A stretch of DNA of 64,000 nucleotides from Clostridia bacterium (GCA_045586685.1 JAZNAU010000025.1:1-64000), one strand, 5' to 3'. Shown: positions 46,965-57,358, counted from the first letter of the stretch. Notes: a model not told the origin generated them from the letters alone. Translations and numbers: made by a program.

Positions 46965-47945
46965 ATGAAAGTAGCAATTTACGGGTATGGAAACTTAGGC
47001 AGAGGTGTGGAATGTGCCATTGCCCAGAATAAAGACATGGAGTTGGTTGGGGTATTTACTCGCCGTCCTCCTGAAACGGTTCAGATTTTGACGAAAGGGG
47101 TGTCGGTTTTTCCAGCAGAAAAAGCAGTTGAAATGAAGGATAGAATTGATGTAATGATTTTGTGCGGTGGCAGTGCCACTGATTTGCCTGTGCAGACCCC
47201 TGCCATGGCGGAACTTTTTAATGTGGTAGACAGCTTTGATACCCATGCGAAAATACCACAACATTTTGAAATGGTGGATGCAAGTGCAAAGAAGAACGGA
47301 AAGATTGCCATGATTTCTGTCGGCTGGGATCCTGGAATATTTTCTTTAAACCGTTTGTATGGCGGTGCGGTTTTGTCTGATGGTAAAGATTATACCTTTT
47401 GGGGCAAGGGCGTGAGCCAAGGTCATTCTGATGCCATTCGTCGGGTGAAGGGTGTCAAGGACGGCAAACAATACACTGTGCCTGTTGAAAGTGCCTTACA
47501 AGCAGTTCGCAGCGGAAAAAATCCGGAGTTTACCACCCGTGAAAAGCATTTGAGAGAATGTTATGTTGTGGCAGAGGAAGGGGCAGATTTGAAACAGATT
47601 GAGACAGACATCAAAACCATGCCTAATTATTTTGCGGATTATGATACTACCGTGCATTTTATTTCTCAACAGGAATTGGATGAAAAGCACAGTGGAATTC
47701 CTCACGGCGGTTTTGTGATTCGAAGCGGCAGAACAGGAATCAACTTGGAGCATCAGCACATTATTGAGTATAGCTTAAAGTTAGATTCAAACCCTGAATT
47801 TACTGCCTCTGTTTTAGTGGCTTATGCCCGTGCGACATACAGAATGAACTGTGAGGGCATGAGCGGCTGCAAAACCGTGTTAGATGTGCCTCCGGCATAT
47901 TTAAGTCCTAAAACAGGAGAAGAATTAAGAAAAGAATTATTATAA
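46965..47945 (+). CDS. ddh: meso-diaminopimelate dehydrogenase
   Basis: GYGNLG, CGGSATDLP, DSFDTH, GWDPG, FWGKGVSQGHSDA, PHGG, SNPEFT. Confidence 0.96.
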   Translation: MKVAIYGYGNLGRGVECAIAQNKDMELVGVFTRRPPETVQILTKGVSVFPAEKAVEMKDRIDVMILCGGSATDLPVQTPAMAELFNVVDSFDTHAKIPQHFEMVDASAKKNGKIAMISVGWDPGIFSLNRLYGGAVLSDGKDYTFWGKGVSQGHSDAIRRVKGVKDGKQYTVPVESALQAVRSGKNPEFTTREKHLRECYVVAEEGADLKQIETDIKTMPNYFADYDTTVHFISQQELDEKHSGIPHGGFVIRSGRTGINLEHQHIIEYSLKLDSNPEFTASVLVAYARATYRMNCEGMSGCKTVLDVPPAYLSPKTGEELRKELL

Positions 47946-47947
47946 AA

Positions 47948-47982
47948 ATACAAGGTCAGAGCCTATTGCTCTGACCTTGTAT
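47948..47982. terminator. Bidirectional terminator ddh/thiT
   Basis: ATACAAGGTCAGAGC-CTATT-GCTCTGACCTTGTAT. Confidence 0.75.
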
Positions 47983-47985
47983 GTT

Positions 47986-48543
47986 CTATTCCATAATCAA
48001 TTTTCGAAAGGCAGCGAAGCGAAACAGTAAAAGTGCCCCAATGAGAGTGAAGCATAATTCCGGAAACATATAAGCACCATTGTAACAAACAGAGTACCAA
48101 TACACATTCCACCCGTCGGGACACCAGATGTCAAAGACAATGGAACCGGAGATGAAATGAGAAATAAACCGAAGTGCCATTGCAAGGACAACCCCGAAAA
48201 CAACACCTTTTATTCCTTGTTTTCTGAATATTCCTGCAATTCCCAAAATTCCGTAAGCAACAAGATAGTCAAAGAGCAGACAGCCTACCCAACTAAGAGG
48301 AGTCATCCCCCAGGACATCAAACCTCCAAGGTCAATGAAAATTTGCACAAGGGCGTATAAAAGGGAGGTAACAAATCCCCATTTGACACCATATCGCAAA
48401 GAAATCATCACGATAGGAAGCATGCTGAGGAGAGTGACTGACCCCCCCAGAGGCATTGCCCACACCTTAATCAGGCTTAGGACGGCAGCAAGGGCAATCA
48501 TAACCCCGCTTGTAACCAGTTGTTTTGTTCTGTTTTTTTGCAT
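47986..48543 (-). CDS. thiT: ECF-type thiamine transporter S component ThiT
   Basis: MPLGGSVT, LFDYLVAY, RFISHFISG, YSVCYN; preceded by TPP riboswitch. Confidence 0.92.
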   Translation of the reverse strand: MQKNRTKQLVTSGVMIALAAVLSLIKVWAMPLGGSVTLLSMLPIVMISLRYGVKWGFVTSLLYALVQIFIDLGGLMSWGMTPLSWVGCLLFDYLVAYGILGIAGIFRKQGIKGVVFGVVLAMALRFISHFISGSIVFDIWCPDGWNVYWYSVCYNGAYMFPELCFTLIGALLLFRFAAFRKLIME

Positions 48544-48662
48544 AAAAACATCCTTTCCGCTCATATTATTTTTCTTTTGGTCGGTTGAGCAGTCTGCCAA
48601 AAGAGAAATGAACGGAGAAAAGGGCTGCGGAAAAATAATTCCACAGCCCGTAACAGCAACAA

Positions 48663-48768
48663 TTATTTTCCCTACGTCGGCATTATCCGAATCAGGTACG
48701 CTAATCTATAGCATGGGTCGAACTCTCCAGAGTTCCTCTCAGCCTGTCATACAAGCTCCCCTATTCAT
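48663..48768 (-). promoter_or_regulatory. TPP riboswitch
   Basis: Minus strand TAGGGGAGC..GGCTGAGAGG..GACCC..ACCTGATTCGGATAATGCCGACGTAGGGAA; terminator hairpin 48621-48648 downstream. Confidence 0.95.
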
Positions 48769-48834
48769 TTCTGTGTTATTATATCATTTCTTTAAGAAAA
48801 AGTCAACCGCAAATGAAAATTTTTTAAAAAAAGG

Positions 48835-48863
48835 TTGACAAATGATGGGAAACTGTATATAAT
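48835..48863 (+). promoter_or_regulatory. sigmaA promoter of glutamine synthetase
   Basis: TTGACA-N17-TATAAT. Confidence 0.85.
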
Positions 48864-48940
48864 TATTTCATAAGAATAAGTTGGCGCTATGAATCCCGAC
48901 GATTTATAGCGCCTTTCGATTATAAACAGGGGGTTTGAAT

Positions 48941-51022
48941 ATGGCGAAAATCAGTGAAGTATTTGGTACCATGGTGTTTAACGATAATGTTATGCAGGAA
49001 AGACTGCCTCACGATACCTACAAAAAACTAAAAAAATCCATGGCAGAAAACAAAACGCTGGATCGTTCTATTGCTGATGTGGTGGCAAATGCCATGAAGG
49101 ATTGGGCGATTGAGAAAGGGGCAACCCATTATACCCATTGGTTCCAACCCCTCACCGGCATAACGGCTGAAAAACACGACAGCTTTATTACTCCTACAGG
49201 GGACGGAAAGGTGATTATGGAATTTTCGGGAAAAGAGCTGATTAAGGGCGAGCCTGATGCTTCCAGCTTTCCCTCTGGCGGACTTCGTGCAACCTTTGAA
49301 GCACGGGGCTATACTGCTTGGGATCCTACCTCCTATGCGTTTATTAAAGACGGAACTCTTTGTATTCCTACTGCGTTTTGTTCTTATGGCGGTGAAGCAC
49401 TGGATAAAAAAACACCCTTGCTTCGTTCCATGGAGGCCATTGATAAACAGGCAAGAAGAATTTTAAAGCTGTTCGGCAAGGAGACGGCACAGGTGTTGAC
49501 AACCGTTGGAGCGGAACAGGAATATTTTTTGGTTGATAAAGAGTTATATAATCAGAGAAAAGATCTGATTTTTACAGGACGAACCTTGTTCGGTGCAAAA
49601 CCTCCCAAAGGACAGGAAATGGAAGATCATTACTTTGGCGTTATCAAACCCAGAGTGTCTGCTTTTATGAAGGATCTGGATGAAGAACTGTGGAAGCTTG
49701 GAATTATGGCAAAAACAAAGCACAATGAAGCAGCACCCGCCCAGCATGAGCTTGCTCCCATTTTCACCAGTACCAATCTGGCAACCGACCAGAATCAGCT
49801 GACTATGGAATTTATGAAAACCCTGGCTGCGCATCACGATTTGGTTTGTCTGCTTCATGAAAAACCCTTTGCAGGTGTAAACGGAAGCGGAAAGCATAAC
49901 AACTGGGCATTATCCACTGCAGAAGGGGAAAACCTGATGGATCCGGGGAAGACCCCTTATGAAAATGCACAGTTTTTGCTCTTTTTAAGTGCAGTAATTA
50001 AAGCGGTGAATGAGCATCAGGATTTGCTTCGGATTTCCATTGCCAGTGCAGGGAATGACCACCGTCTGGGTGCCAACGAAGCACCTCCTGCTATTGTTTC
50101 TATGTTCTTAGGGGAAGAGTTGACCGAGATTTTGGAGGCGATTGCCAATGATACGGATTATGACGGTCACGAAAAGGTGAAAATGGAGCTGGGTGTTCAC
50201 ATTATGCCTAAATTCTCCAAGGATTCTACAGACCGAAACAGAACGTCTCCCTTTGCATTTACGGGAAATAAATTTGAATTTCGTATGCTGGGTTCCTCCC
50301 AGTCTATTGCCGACCCGAATGTGGTGATGAACACCATTGTTGCAGATGTATTAAATGAATTTGCGGATGAATTGGAACAGGCGGTTGATTTTACTTCTGC
50401 CTTAAACACTTTAATTCGCAGAGTTTATAAAGAAAATAAACAAATTATCTTTAACGGCAATAACTACTCGGATGAATGGGTAGAGGAAGCGGAAAAGAGA
50501 GGACTTTTGAATCTGCTGACAACAGCGGATGCCATTCCTCATTTTGAATCCGAAAAAAATATTGACCTGTTTACTAAGCATGGTGTATTTTCGGAAAGTG
50601 AAATTACCTCCAGAACAGAGATTTTACTGGATCATTACTGTAAAGTGCTTAATATTGAAGCTTTGACCATGCTTGAAATGGCAAGACAGGATATTTTGCC
50701 TGGGGCAATGTCTTTCAGTAAGGAAGTAACAGAAACCGCGCTATCCAAAAAACAGTTAGGAATTCATCCTCAGGTGGAGGAAGATTTGGCAAGAAAGCTT
50801 TCCGATTTACTGAATTCCTTGCAGGAAAACATTAACCGACTGGAGGATGTGGTTGTTCATACAAAGGATATTGGAGATGTGAAGGCAGGGGCCCAGTATT
50901 ATAAAAATGAAGTTTGTACTGCCATGGAAACCTTGCGCAAAACAGCGGATGAGCTGGAAATTATCTGTGGCAAAAGCTACTGGCCGTATCCTACTTACAG
51001 CGAATTATTGTTTAGTGTATAA
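48941..51022 (+). CDS. glnA: Glutamine synthetase type III
   Basis: [58 protein letters not shown]; about 693 aa. Confidence 0.96.
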   Translation: MAKISEVFGTMVFNDNVMQERLPHDTYKKLKKSMAENKTLDRSIADVVANAMKDWAIEKGATHYTHWFQPLTGITAEKHDSFITPTGDGKVIMEFSGKELIKGEPDASSFPSGGLRATFEARGYTAWDPTSYAFIKDGTLCIPTAFCSYGGEALDKKTPLLRSMEAIDKQARRILKLFGKETAQVLTTVGAEQEYFLVDKELYNQRKDLIFTGRTLFGAKPPKGQEMEDHYFGVIKPRVSAFMKDLDEELWKLGIMAKTKHNEAAPAQHELAPIFTSTNLATDQNQLTMEFMKTLAAHHDLVCLLHEKPFAGVNGSGKHNNWALSTAEGENLMDPGKTPYENAQFLLFLSAVIKAVNEHQDLLRISIASAGNDHRLGANEAPPAIVSMFLGEELTEILEAIANDTDYDGHEKVKMELGVHIMPKFSKDSTDRNRTSPFAFTGNKFEFRMLGSSQSIADPNVVMNTIVADVLNEFADELEQAVDFTSALNTLIRRVYKENKQIIFNGNNYSDEWVEEAEKRGLLNLLTTADAIPHFESEKNIDLFTKHGVFSESEITSRTEILLDHYCKVLNIEALTMLEMARQDILPGAMSFSKEVTETALSKKQLGIHPQVEEDLARKLSDLLNSLQENINRLEDVVVHTKDIGDVKAGAQYYKNEVCTAMETLRKTADELEIICGKSYWPYPTYSELLFSV

Positions 51023-51061
51023 AAAAACGTGATTTCCGTTAATTCGGAAATCACGTTTTTT
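51021..51061. terminator. Bidirectional terminator
   Basis: AAAAAACGTGATTTCCG-TTAATT-CGGAAATCACGTTTTTT. Confidence 0.8.
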
Positions 51062-51069
51062 ACAATTCT

Positions 51070-51978
51070 TTATTTTTCCCCAAAATAGTCTTCCGGATTG
51101 TCAAAATAGCTCCAGTCCGGTGTCATAGGCTCTGCTAAAGAAAAATCCCCTAAAGTGACGTCTCGGTTGCCGTTCACTGTTAGTTGTATCTGACTGACGG
51201 TTGCAAATTCATTAAAGCAGGCGAGTATGGATTGTACCAGAAGATTTTCTTGACCGGGGGTACATTCTGATATAAATTGTTCAGAAAAATTTAATGTAAT
51301 AATTCCCGTTTCTTCTTCAAATTCAATATTCATTACAGTTGCATTGTAGGGAAGAATATTGTTTTTATTATCAGGATCTTCTGTTCCATGATGAAGTTCT
51401 TGAATAATCAAATCCTGTGCATTGTTACTTCCAGCAGGAATCAGGCGGTATTCTCGGGTTAATTGGGTGTTGTCCTTGTTTGGGAAATACAAAAACAGCA
51501 TCCAAATAGGGAAGTTGGCTTTTTCTGCCATGTCCACCAGACGAGTTGCATAAGGATATTGGAAATATCCCGGAAGATACTCTCCTTGGCAAAGAAGATT
51601 CACCTTTGCAATCTTATCCCCCTGAGTTCGTTCTCCTTGGGAAACCGCTAAAGCGCAAAGTTCATTGATGTAAAGAAAATCTGTTTCTGAAATGCTTCTG
51701 ATTTCTTCGGTAAAATCAACGCTTAATGTATTTCCTTCCACTGTTACGGATGTGACGGAAGTGTTTTCAGGAAATAGGTAAGTGTTTGCCTTTACCATTT
51801 CGGTTATATAAAGAAAAGGTAAATCCTCTTGAGGCAGAACCTCTTTAGAGGAGCGGTTAATGTTTTCCCCCGCTGCATCCACCGTATAAATGTCAATGCT
51901 GATCCGTTCTTGGGGTTTCCCGGAACAACCGGATAAAACCAAGAGTGCCACTAATAATATAATCAAATATTTTTTCAT
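51070..51978 (-). CDS. GerMN-domain lipoprotein
   Basis: Lipobox LVLSGC; LYFPN..LTREYR, LNFS..F, VQSI..EF..V.QIQLTVNG; two GerMN-like repeats. Confidence 0.75.
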   Translation of the reverse strand: MKKYLIILLVALLVLSGCSGKPQERISIDIYTVDAAGENINRSSKEVLPQEDLPFLYITEMVKANTYLFPENTSVTSVTVEGNTLSVDFTEEIRSISETDFLYINELCALAVSQGERTQGDKIAKVNLLCQGEYLPGYFQYPYATRLVDMAEKANFPIWMLFLYFPNKDNTQLTREYRLIPAGSNNAQDLIIQELHHGTEDPDNKNNILPYNATVMNIEFEEETGIITLNFSEQFISECTPGQENLLVQSILACFNEFATVSQIQLTVNGNRDVTLGDFSLAEPMTPDWSYFDNPEDYFGEK

Positions 51979-52089
51979 TATGTCACAACCTTTCCCATTT
52001 ATCATAACAAAAATGAATTGGTTTGTCAACGGTTTTTCTTGATTTTTTCAGCGGAATATGGTATCATTAAAAGGAAAGCAGGGGATGTA

Positions 52090-52842
52090 ATGCGGAATTT
52101 TAAATTGTTGCTGGAATATGACGGTACCCGTTATAAGGGGTGGCAAAAACAAGGGAATACAGAGCATACCATTTCTGCAAAGTTAGAATCGATTTTGCAG
52201 AAAAAGTTTCATCAAAAAGTGGAGGTTCATGGCTCGGGAAGAACGGATGCCGGAGTGCATGCACTGGGTCAGGTGGCTCATTTTAAAGTAAACACGGATG
52301 TAGCGTGCGAAGAAATATGTGATTACCTGAATGAATATCTTCCCCTTGATATCCGAATCCTTACGGTGGAGGAAATGCCCATTCGATTTCACAGCCGTTT
52401 GCATGCCAAGAAAAAAACCTACCGTTATCAAATTTTTTTGGAGAAAAAACCACCTGTTTTTTTGAAAAATCAGGTTTATTGTACAAACATAGTCTTGGAT
52501 TTGGAAAAGATGAAAAGAGCCGCAAAGGATTTGCTCGGAACTCATGATTTCCAGTCCTTTTGTGCCACAAAAAAAGGAAAGAAATCTACAGTTCGGACTT
52601 TGTATGAATGTGAGTTAGAGCAAGAAGGTCCAATGCTTACCTTGCAGGTAACGGGAAACGGATTTTTATATCATATGGTAAGAATTTTAGCAGGGACCTT
52701 GGTGGAAATCGGAGAAGGGGACCGAGAGTGTGACTCCATTGCTGCATTGTTGGAAGAAAAAGACCGCTCAAAAGCGGGACGCACCTTGCCTTCTTGTGGA
52801 TTAGCATTAGTCAGTGTGGAGTATGAGGAAAAATCACAATGA
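52090..52842 (+). CDS. truA: tRNA pseudouridine(38-40) synthase
   Basis: YDGTRYKGWQ, GSGRTDAGVHA, GTHDF, GFLYHMVR. Confidence 0.96.
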   Translation: MRNFKLLLEYDGTRYKGWQKQGNTEHTISAKLESILQKKFHQKVEVHGSGRTDAGVHALGQVAHFKVNTDVACEEICDYLNEYLPLDIRILTVEEMPIRFHSRLHAKKKTYRYQIFLEKKPPVFLKNQVYCTNIVLDLEKMKRAAKDLLGTHDFQSFCATKKGKKSTVRTLYECELEQEGPMLTLQVTGNGFLYHMVRILAGTLVEIGEGDRECDSIAALLEEKDRSKAGRTLPSCGLALVSVEYEEKSQ

Positions 52843-52936
52843 ATTTTTTGGTCATGAAAGGATGCAATAGAAATGTATCAGAATAGAGTAAAACCGCCGA
52901 ATTCGGCGGTTTTTTTATCATTTCATATAATTATTA

Positions 52937-54304
52937 TTATTGTTCTGCAATTTTGACCATGATGGCACATTCAATTCGTTTGCGGAACAGTTCGCATCCA
53001 TATTCATAAATGCCGTTTATGGAGCCGGTTGCATGATAGGCGTTGGCGGCACATCCACCGGCACAGTAAAGCTTTGCCCAGCAATTTTTACAGTCCGGTC
53101 TGGTGTACACATTACATCCAGCAAATTCGTTACGGAGGGCATTATTGGTCACTCCCTCACGGAGATTACCCATACAGTAGTCTTTATTCCCCACAAACTG
53201 GTGGCAGGGATATAAATCTCCTTCGGGGGTAACTGCCAGATATTCTGTTCCTGAACCGCAACCCGAAACCCGCTTATAAATACAGGGACCTCCTGTCAGA
53301 CTTAGCATATAGTGATAGAAGGTAAAGCCCTTTCCTTTTCTGTTTCTTTGAATCATTTCCCGTGCCAAATCCTCGTATTGCTGTTTTAAAACGGGTAAAT
53401 CCTTATCGGTCAATGCGCAAGGATCGGAGGGGTCGCACACCACAGGCTCCATGCTCAGTTCGGTAAATCCTAAATCTGCCATGTGGAGAATGTCTTGCAA
53501 AAAGTCGGTATTATGATGAGTGTAAGTTCCGCGAATATAATAGCTTTTATCCCCGCGCTGTTTTACAAACCGTCGGAATTTTGGAACAATAGTATCATAA
53601 CTGCCTGTGTTTTTATAATCAACACGAAAACGGTCGTGCACCTTTTTCCGTCCGTCAAGGCTTAGTACTACATTGTGCATTTCCTTGTTGCAAAATTCGG
53701 TCACTTCATCGTCTAACAACATTCCGTTTGTGGTGAGAGTAAAGCGGATGTTTTTATGGTAAATTTTCTCCTGTTCTCTGCCGTAAGCCACAAGAGCCTT
53801 TACAACCTCCCAGTTCATGAGAGGTTCTCCGCCGAAAAAGTCAATGTCAAGATTGGTGTGATGTTCCGAATTGGCAATCAGAAAATCAATGGCTTGTTTT
53901 CCTGTTTCCAAACTCATCAGCCCGCATTGACCTTTGTATGCCCCTTGTCCTGCAAAGCAGTAGGAGCAGTTCAGGTTGCATACATGGGCAACATGAAGGC
54001 AAAGTGCTTTTACCGCAGTCTGATTCCGACGGTAATTTCGAGCGACTGTTTCGTAAACATCTTCGGTAAATAACTTTCCGGCTTTCTTGAGCTCTTCAAT
54101 ATCTTCCAGACATTCTGCAATTTCCTGCTCGTTGACATCCTCGCGGTGGTGGTATTTTTGTAGTATAAAGGCGGTAATTTCTTCTTTGGAGGCAGTTTCA
54201 AACATACCGATAATGTCATACGCTACTTCGTCTACTACGTGAATCGAGCCGCTGAACACATCCAGTACCACAAAGGTGCCGTCCATAGTATATTGATGTA
54301 TCAT
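52937..54304 (-). CDS. scfB: SCIFF (ranthipeptide) radical SAM maturase
   Basis: MIHQY, KALCLHVAHVCNLNCSYCFA, FFGGEP, GCGSG..YPCHQF, SPASM CKNCWAKLYCAGGC. Confidence 0.96.
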   Translation of the reverse strand: MIHQYTMDGTFVVLDVFSGSIHVVDEVAYDIIGMFETASKEEITAFILQKYHHREDVNEQEIAECLEDIEELKKAGKLFTEDVYETVARNYRRNQTAVKALCLHVAHVCNLNCSYCFAGQGAYKGQCGLMSLETGKQAIDFLIANSEHHTNLDIDFFGGEPLMNWEVVKALVAYGREQEKIYHKNIRFTLTTNGMLLDDEVTEFCNKEMHNVVLSLDGRKKVHDRFRVDYKNTGSYDTIVPKFRRFVKQRGDKSYYIRGTYTHHNTDFLQDILHMADLGFTELSMEPVVCDPSDPCALTDKDLPVLKQQYEDLAREMIQRNRKGKGFTFYHYMLSLTGGPCIYKRVSGCGSGTEYLAVTPEGDLYPCHQFVGNKDYCMGNLREGVTNNALRNEFAGCNVYTRPDCKNCWAKLYCAGGCAANAYHATGSINGIYEYGCELFRKRIECAIMVKIAEQ

Positions 54305-54359
54305 AAGTATTCTCTCCGATAAAAACGGCCTCATAACACTATGAGACCGCTAAAAAATT

Positions 54360-54506
54360 TTATTTGCCGTTGTTTTCACAGGGCTGGTTTGCAACACCGC
54401 AAGAGGTTTTGCAAGCGGACTGACAAGAAGTCTGACATTCGCCGCATCCGCCGGTTTTCAGAGATTTGTTCAAATCCCTTGTCTGAAGGGTAGAAATTCT
54501 TTTCAT
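54360..54506 (-). CDS. scfA: Six-cysteine SCIFF precursor peptide, 48 aa (not in ORF track)
   Basis: Read directly: MKRISTLQTRDLNKSLKTGGCGECQTSCQSACKTSCGVANQPCENNGK*; RBS AAGGAG. Confidence 0.96.
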   Translation of the reverse strand: MKRISTLQTRDLNKSLKTGGCGECQTSCQSACKTSCGVANQPCENNGK

Positions 54507-54544
54507 GGTAAAAACTCCTTATTTTTTATGATAGTATCAGTATA

Positions 54545-55927
54545 TCATAATTTTTCCTTGGTGTCAAGGGGTTTTGTGTCTTTCAGAACGGCAATTGTTT
54601 GGGGTAATGTCCCTCGGGTAGAGCAAAGAGGAAGATCAGGAACGGTTTCGATCCGTTCTCCCGGAATCAGGAGAGGGATTCCGGGGGGATACGACCAGAT
54701 ATATTCTGCTGAAATCCGTCCTGATGCTTTGGTTGGAGAAATCAATTCAAACTCCTGCTCCAATGCATGTTCAGGTAATATGACAAGCTTGGGAAGGCGG
54801 GGAACAAAGGGGTCTGCTTTGAATTCTTCAAACAAAAGCCCATCAATTTCCAACAATGCATCTGCCAGTGTTTGCAGAGTTTTTTTGGTATCTCCCATGC
54901 CTGTCATTACTAACACGTAGGTTGGAGTAATCAACTCGGGTTCAATCTTTCTTTTTTGCAATTCCTCTCCCAAGCGGGTTCCGTTTTTGGAAAGAATCAC
55001 AATTTTGCTGGGGTCATGCAAAAACTGCTCCTTTGTTTTTTGTAAAATACAAAGATTTTTTAGAGAGGCTGTTGCCTGATAAAATAGTTTTAATGCCTGT
55101 TCCCATGCAGAAAAATGTTCTTCCCGAAGCTGACCGATACAACCGTCTATGGATGCTAAAAGCAAATAAGACGGACTGCTTGTTTCAAAAACGGATAGTT
55201 CATGGTCTAATAATTTTTTATTGACCCGTGAACCGATTGTATGTAAAATTGCAGTTTGAGTAAGGGAAGGTAAGGTTTTGTGCAAGCTTTGCACCACCAC
55301 ATCAGCACCCCCGTTGACTGCTCCTCCTGAAAAATAAGGATGAAAGTCCAGATGAGCGCCATGTGCCTCATCTACCAGGACGGGAATGTTTCTTTTGTGG
55401 GCAAGGGTACAAATGGAAGTAATATCTGAAATCACTCCTTCATAGGTAGGACTGGTTAAAACCACAAGCTTAATATCAGAATATTCTTTCAGTTTTTCTT
55501 CTACTTGTTGGGGCTGTAACGAACCCAGTATTCCCGTTTCCATCAAAGGAGGAAGAAGAAACACAGGATGTAATCCGCAAAGTTCTATGGCGTGAAAGAC
55601 CGATTTGTGACAGTTTCTTGCCACTAAAATCCGATCTCCCCGTTTTGTCATGGTGCGGATACCTGCCAAAATACCGCAAGTACTACCGTTTACTAAAAAT
55701 CGGGAACCGTCACTTCCCCAAAGTTTTGCCGCTCCTTCCATTGCCTCCTTCAGGATTCCCTGTGCATTGTGAAGATTGTCAAATCCTTCTATTTCCGTAA
55801 TGTCCCATTGCTCGGACAAATGGTTCAGATAGGGAGCAATCTTTGGATTTCTCTTATGCCCCGGCATATGCATGGGGAGTATATTTTGTTGCTGATATTG
55901 TTCTAACCATTGTTTGAGGAATTGCAT
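54545..55927 (-). CDS. PLP-dependent Arg/Lys/Orn decarboxylase (YaaO-like)
   Basis: HMPGHK, LVNGST, RNCHKS, SPTYEG, DEAHGAH, QSLHKTL, YPPGIP. Confidence 0.9.
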   Translation of the reverse strand: MQFLKQWLEQYQQQNILPMHMPGHKRNPKIAPYLNHLSEQWDITEIEGFDNLHNAQGILKEAMEGAAKLWGSDGSRFLVNGSTCGILAGIRTMTKRGDRILVARNCHKSVFHAIELCGLHPVFLLPPLMETGILGSLQPQQVEEKLKEYSDIKLVVLTSPTYEGVISDITSICTLAHKRNIPVLVDEAHGAHLDFHPYFSGGAVNGGADVVVQSLHKTLPSLTQTAILHTIGSRVNKKLLDHELSVFETSSPSYLLLASIDGCIGQLREEHFSAWEQALKLFYQATASLKNLCILQKTKEQFLHDPSKIVILSKNGTRLGEELQKRKIEPELITPTYVLVMTGMGDTKKTLQTLADALLEIDGLLFEEFKADPFVPRLPKLVILPEHALEQEFELISPTKASGRISAEYIWSYPPGIPLLIPGERIETVPDLPLCSTRGTLPQTIAVLKDTKPLDTKEKL

Positions 55928-56475
55928 AAAAGAAACTCCTTTATTTGTATTGTCATGGATTGAATGGAATGTAGGGTTTTTGTTTCTGCAAGAGGATTTG
56001 CTTTTTGGGGATTATCGGTACCTGAATGATATACCGTGAAATCACATTTTGCACCCATGGTACGAAGCAATCGTTTTCCCATGCGAAGAGCATCCTCATA
56101 AATTCCCATGCCGCCGTCCACCAAAACTACCCCGCCCAAACGTTTTTTTGGGGTAAGTCTGTTCCTGTCCGTCCAAAAATATTGAAGACGGCTTGCCAGA
56201 GAGAGCAAAGAGCCGGTCAACTGACCAAAATGAATGGGGGAGGCGAGAATGATAACATCTGCTTCGTTAATATGAGGATAAATTTCCTGCATTTCATCTT
56301 GCAAGGCACAATGGTTATGGGTGTTGCAATGCCGACAGTCAATGCAAGGGGAAACCGAGGCGGTATAACTGTCAATTCGAATGACTTCCCCGGGCAGATT
56401 TTCCTGTAAATAAGAAACAATCGTTGCAGTTGCACCCGATTTTCTGGGAGAACCGTTAAAAATTACTGTTTTCAT
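55903..56475 (-). CDS. Flavodoxin-like / iron-sulfur flavoprotein family protein
   Basis: NGSPRK.GAT, PCIDCRHC..C..QDEM, ASPIHF. Confidence 0.85.
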   Translation of the reverse strand: MKTVIFNGSPRKSGATATIVSYLQENLPGEVIRIDSYTASVSPCIDCRHCNTHNHCALQDEMQEIYPHINEADVIILASPIHFGQLTGSLLSLASRLQYFWTDRNRLTPKKRLGGVVLVDGGMGIYEDALRMGKRLLRTMGAKCDFTVYHSGTDNPQKANPLAETKTLHSIQSMTIQIKEFLLCNSSNNG

Positions 56476-56655
56476 AGGAATCACCGCTTTTTTCTTTTTA
56501 TTATATCAAATTGAGAAAGAGGTGTCAACAGAGCATAAAAAATCTCCCAAAAGATTGTGATAACCCGTACTAATCCAATGTCTTATTTTCACAACCTCGC
56601 CCGAATCGTTCACTGTTTATTTAGGGAATAGTGAAGAGTGAATAGGGAAAAAGTA

Positions 56656-56687
56656 AAAATCCGCACACTATCGTGTACGGATTTTTT
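56656..56687 (-). terminator. Terminator after tRNA cluster
   Basis: AAAATCCGCACAC-TATC-GTGTACGGATTTT. Confidence 0.7.
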
Positions 56688-56761
56688 GGAGGCGCCACCC
56701 GGATTTGAACCGGGGCATAAAAGCTTTGCAGGCTTCTGCCTTACCGCTTGGCTATGGCGCC
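56687..56761 (-). tRNA. tRNA-Cys(GCA)
   Basis: GGCGCCATAGCCAAGCGGTAAGGCA-GAAGC CT GCA AA GCTTT..GGTTCAAATCC..GGCGCCTCCA. Confidence 0.96.
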
Positions 56762-56799
56762 ATGGGATGAAAAAGACGCATAAGGGTTATGCGTCTTTT

Positions 56800-56874
56800 T
56801 GGAGCGGAAGACGGGATTCGAACCCGCGACGTTCACCTTGGCAAGGTGACGCTCTACCACTGAGCCACTCCCGC
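56800..56874 (-). tRNA. tRNA-Gly(GCC)
   Basis: GCGGGAGTGGCTCAGTGGTAGAGCG-TCACC TT GCC AA GGTGA..GGTTCGAATCC..CGCTCCA. Confidence 0.97.
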
Positions 56875-56934
56875 ATAGAGGAAGAAGTCTTCCTTGTGTA
56901 TATAAAGTGCACAAAGCACACTTTAATCGAAATG

Positions 56935-57010
56935 TGGTGCCTCCGGGTGGAATCGAACCGCCGACACAGGGATTTTCAGTCCCTTGCTCTACCGACTGAG
57001 CTACAGAGGC
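56935..57010 (-). tRNA. tRNA-Phe(GAA)
   Basis: GCCTCTGTAGCTCAGTCGGTAGAGCA-AGGGA CT GAA AA TCCCT..GGTTCGATTCC..GGCACCA. Confidence 0.97.
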
Positions 57011-57053
57011 ATAATATTTTGTGTCGGTTGTTAAGACACACAGAAAGGAAAAA

Positions 57054-57130
57054 TGGCGACCCGGAAGGGGCTCGAACCCTCGACCTCTAGCGTGACAGGC
57101 TAGCGTTCTAACCAACTGAACTACCGGGCC
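57054..57130 (-). tRNA. tRNA-Asp(GTC)
   Basis: GGCCCGGTAGTTCAGTTGGTTAGAACG-CTAGC CT GTC AC GCTAG..GGTTCGAGCCC..GTCGCCA. Confidence 0.97.
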
Positions 57131-57215
57131 ATATCCCATTTGATAATATGACTTTTTGCCATATTCTTCACCGTTCCGGCCCGATGATTCGTTTATCGCC
57201 GCAACAACAATAAAG

Positions 57216-57244
57216 ATTATAGCATGAGTTTTAGAAAATGTCAA
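57216..57244 (-). promoter_or_regulatory. sigmaA promoter of tRNA Asp-Phe-Gly-Cys operon
   Basis: Minus strand TTGACA-N17-TATAAT with extended -10 TG. Confidence 0.85.
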
Positions 57245-57358
57245 TACTTTTTTTGAAAAAACTAAAAAATTTTTTTTGAACTGAAAAAAAGGTTTTACAT
57301 TTTGGATATTTTGTAGTATAATAAAAGCAAAGAGTTGAATGGAGTAATAGGTGATTCT

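Noticed and set aside
46675-46977. N-terminal half of the 200-aa ORF 46375..46977
   Set aside because: Antisense to the Cys-rich gene; RBS supports a start at 46674
56638-57244. ORFs 56638..57090 (+) and 56741..57244 (-)
   Set aside because: They overlap four tRNA genes; no RBS or protein motifs
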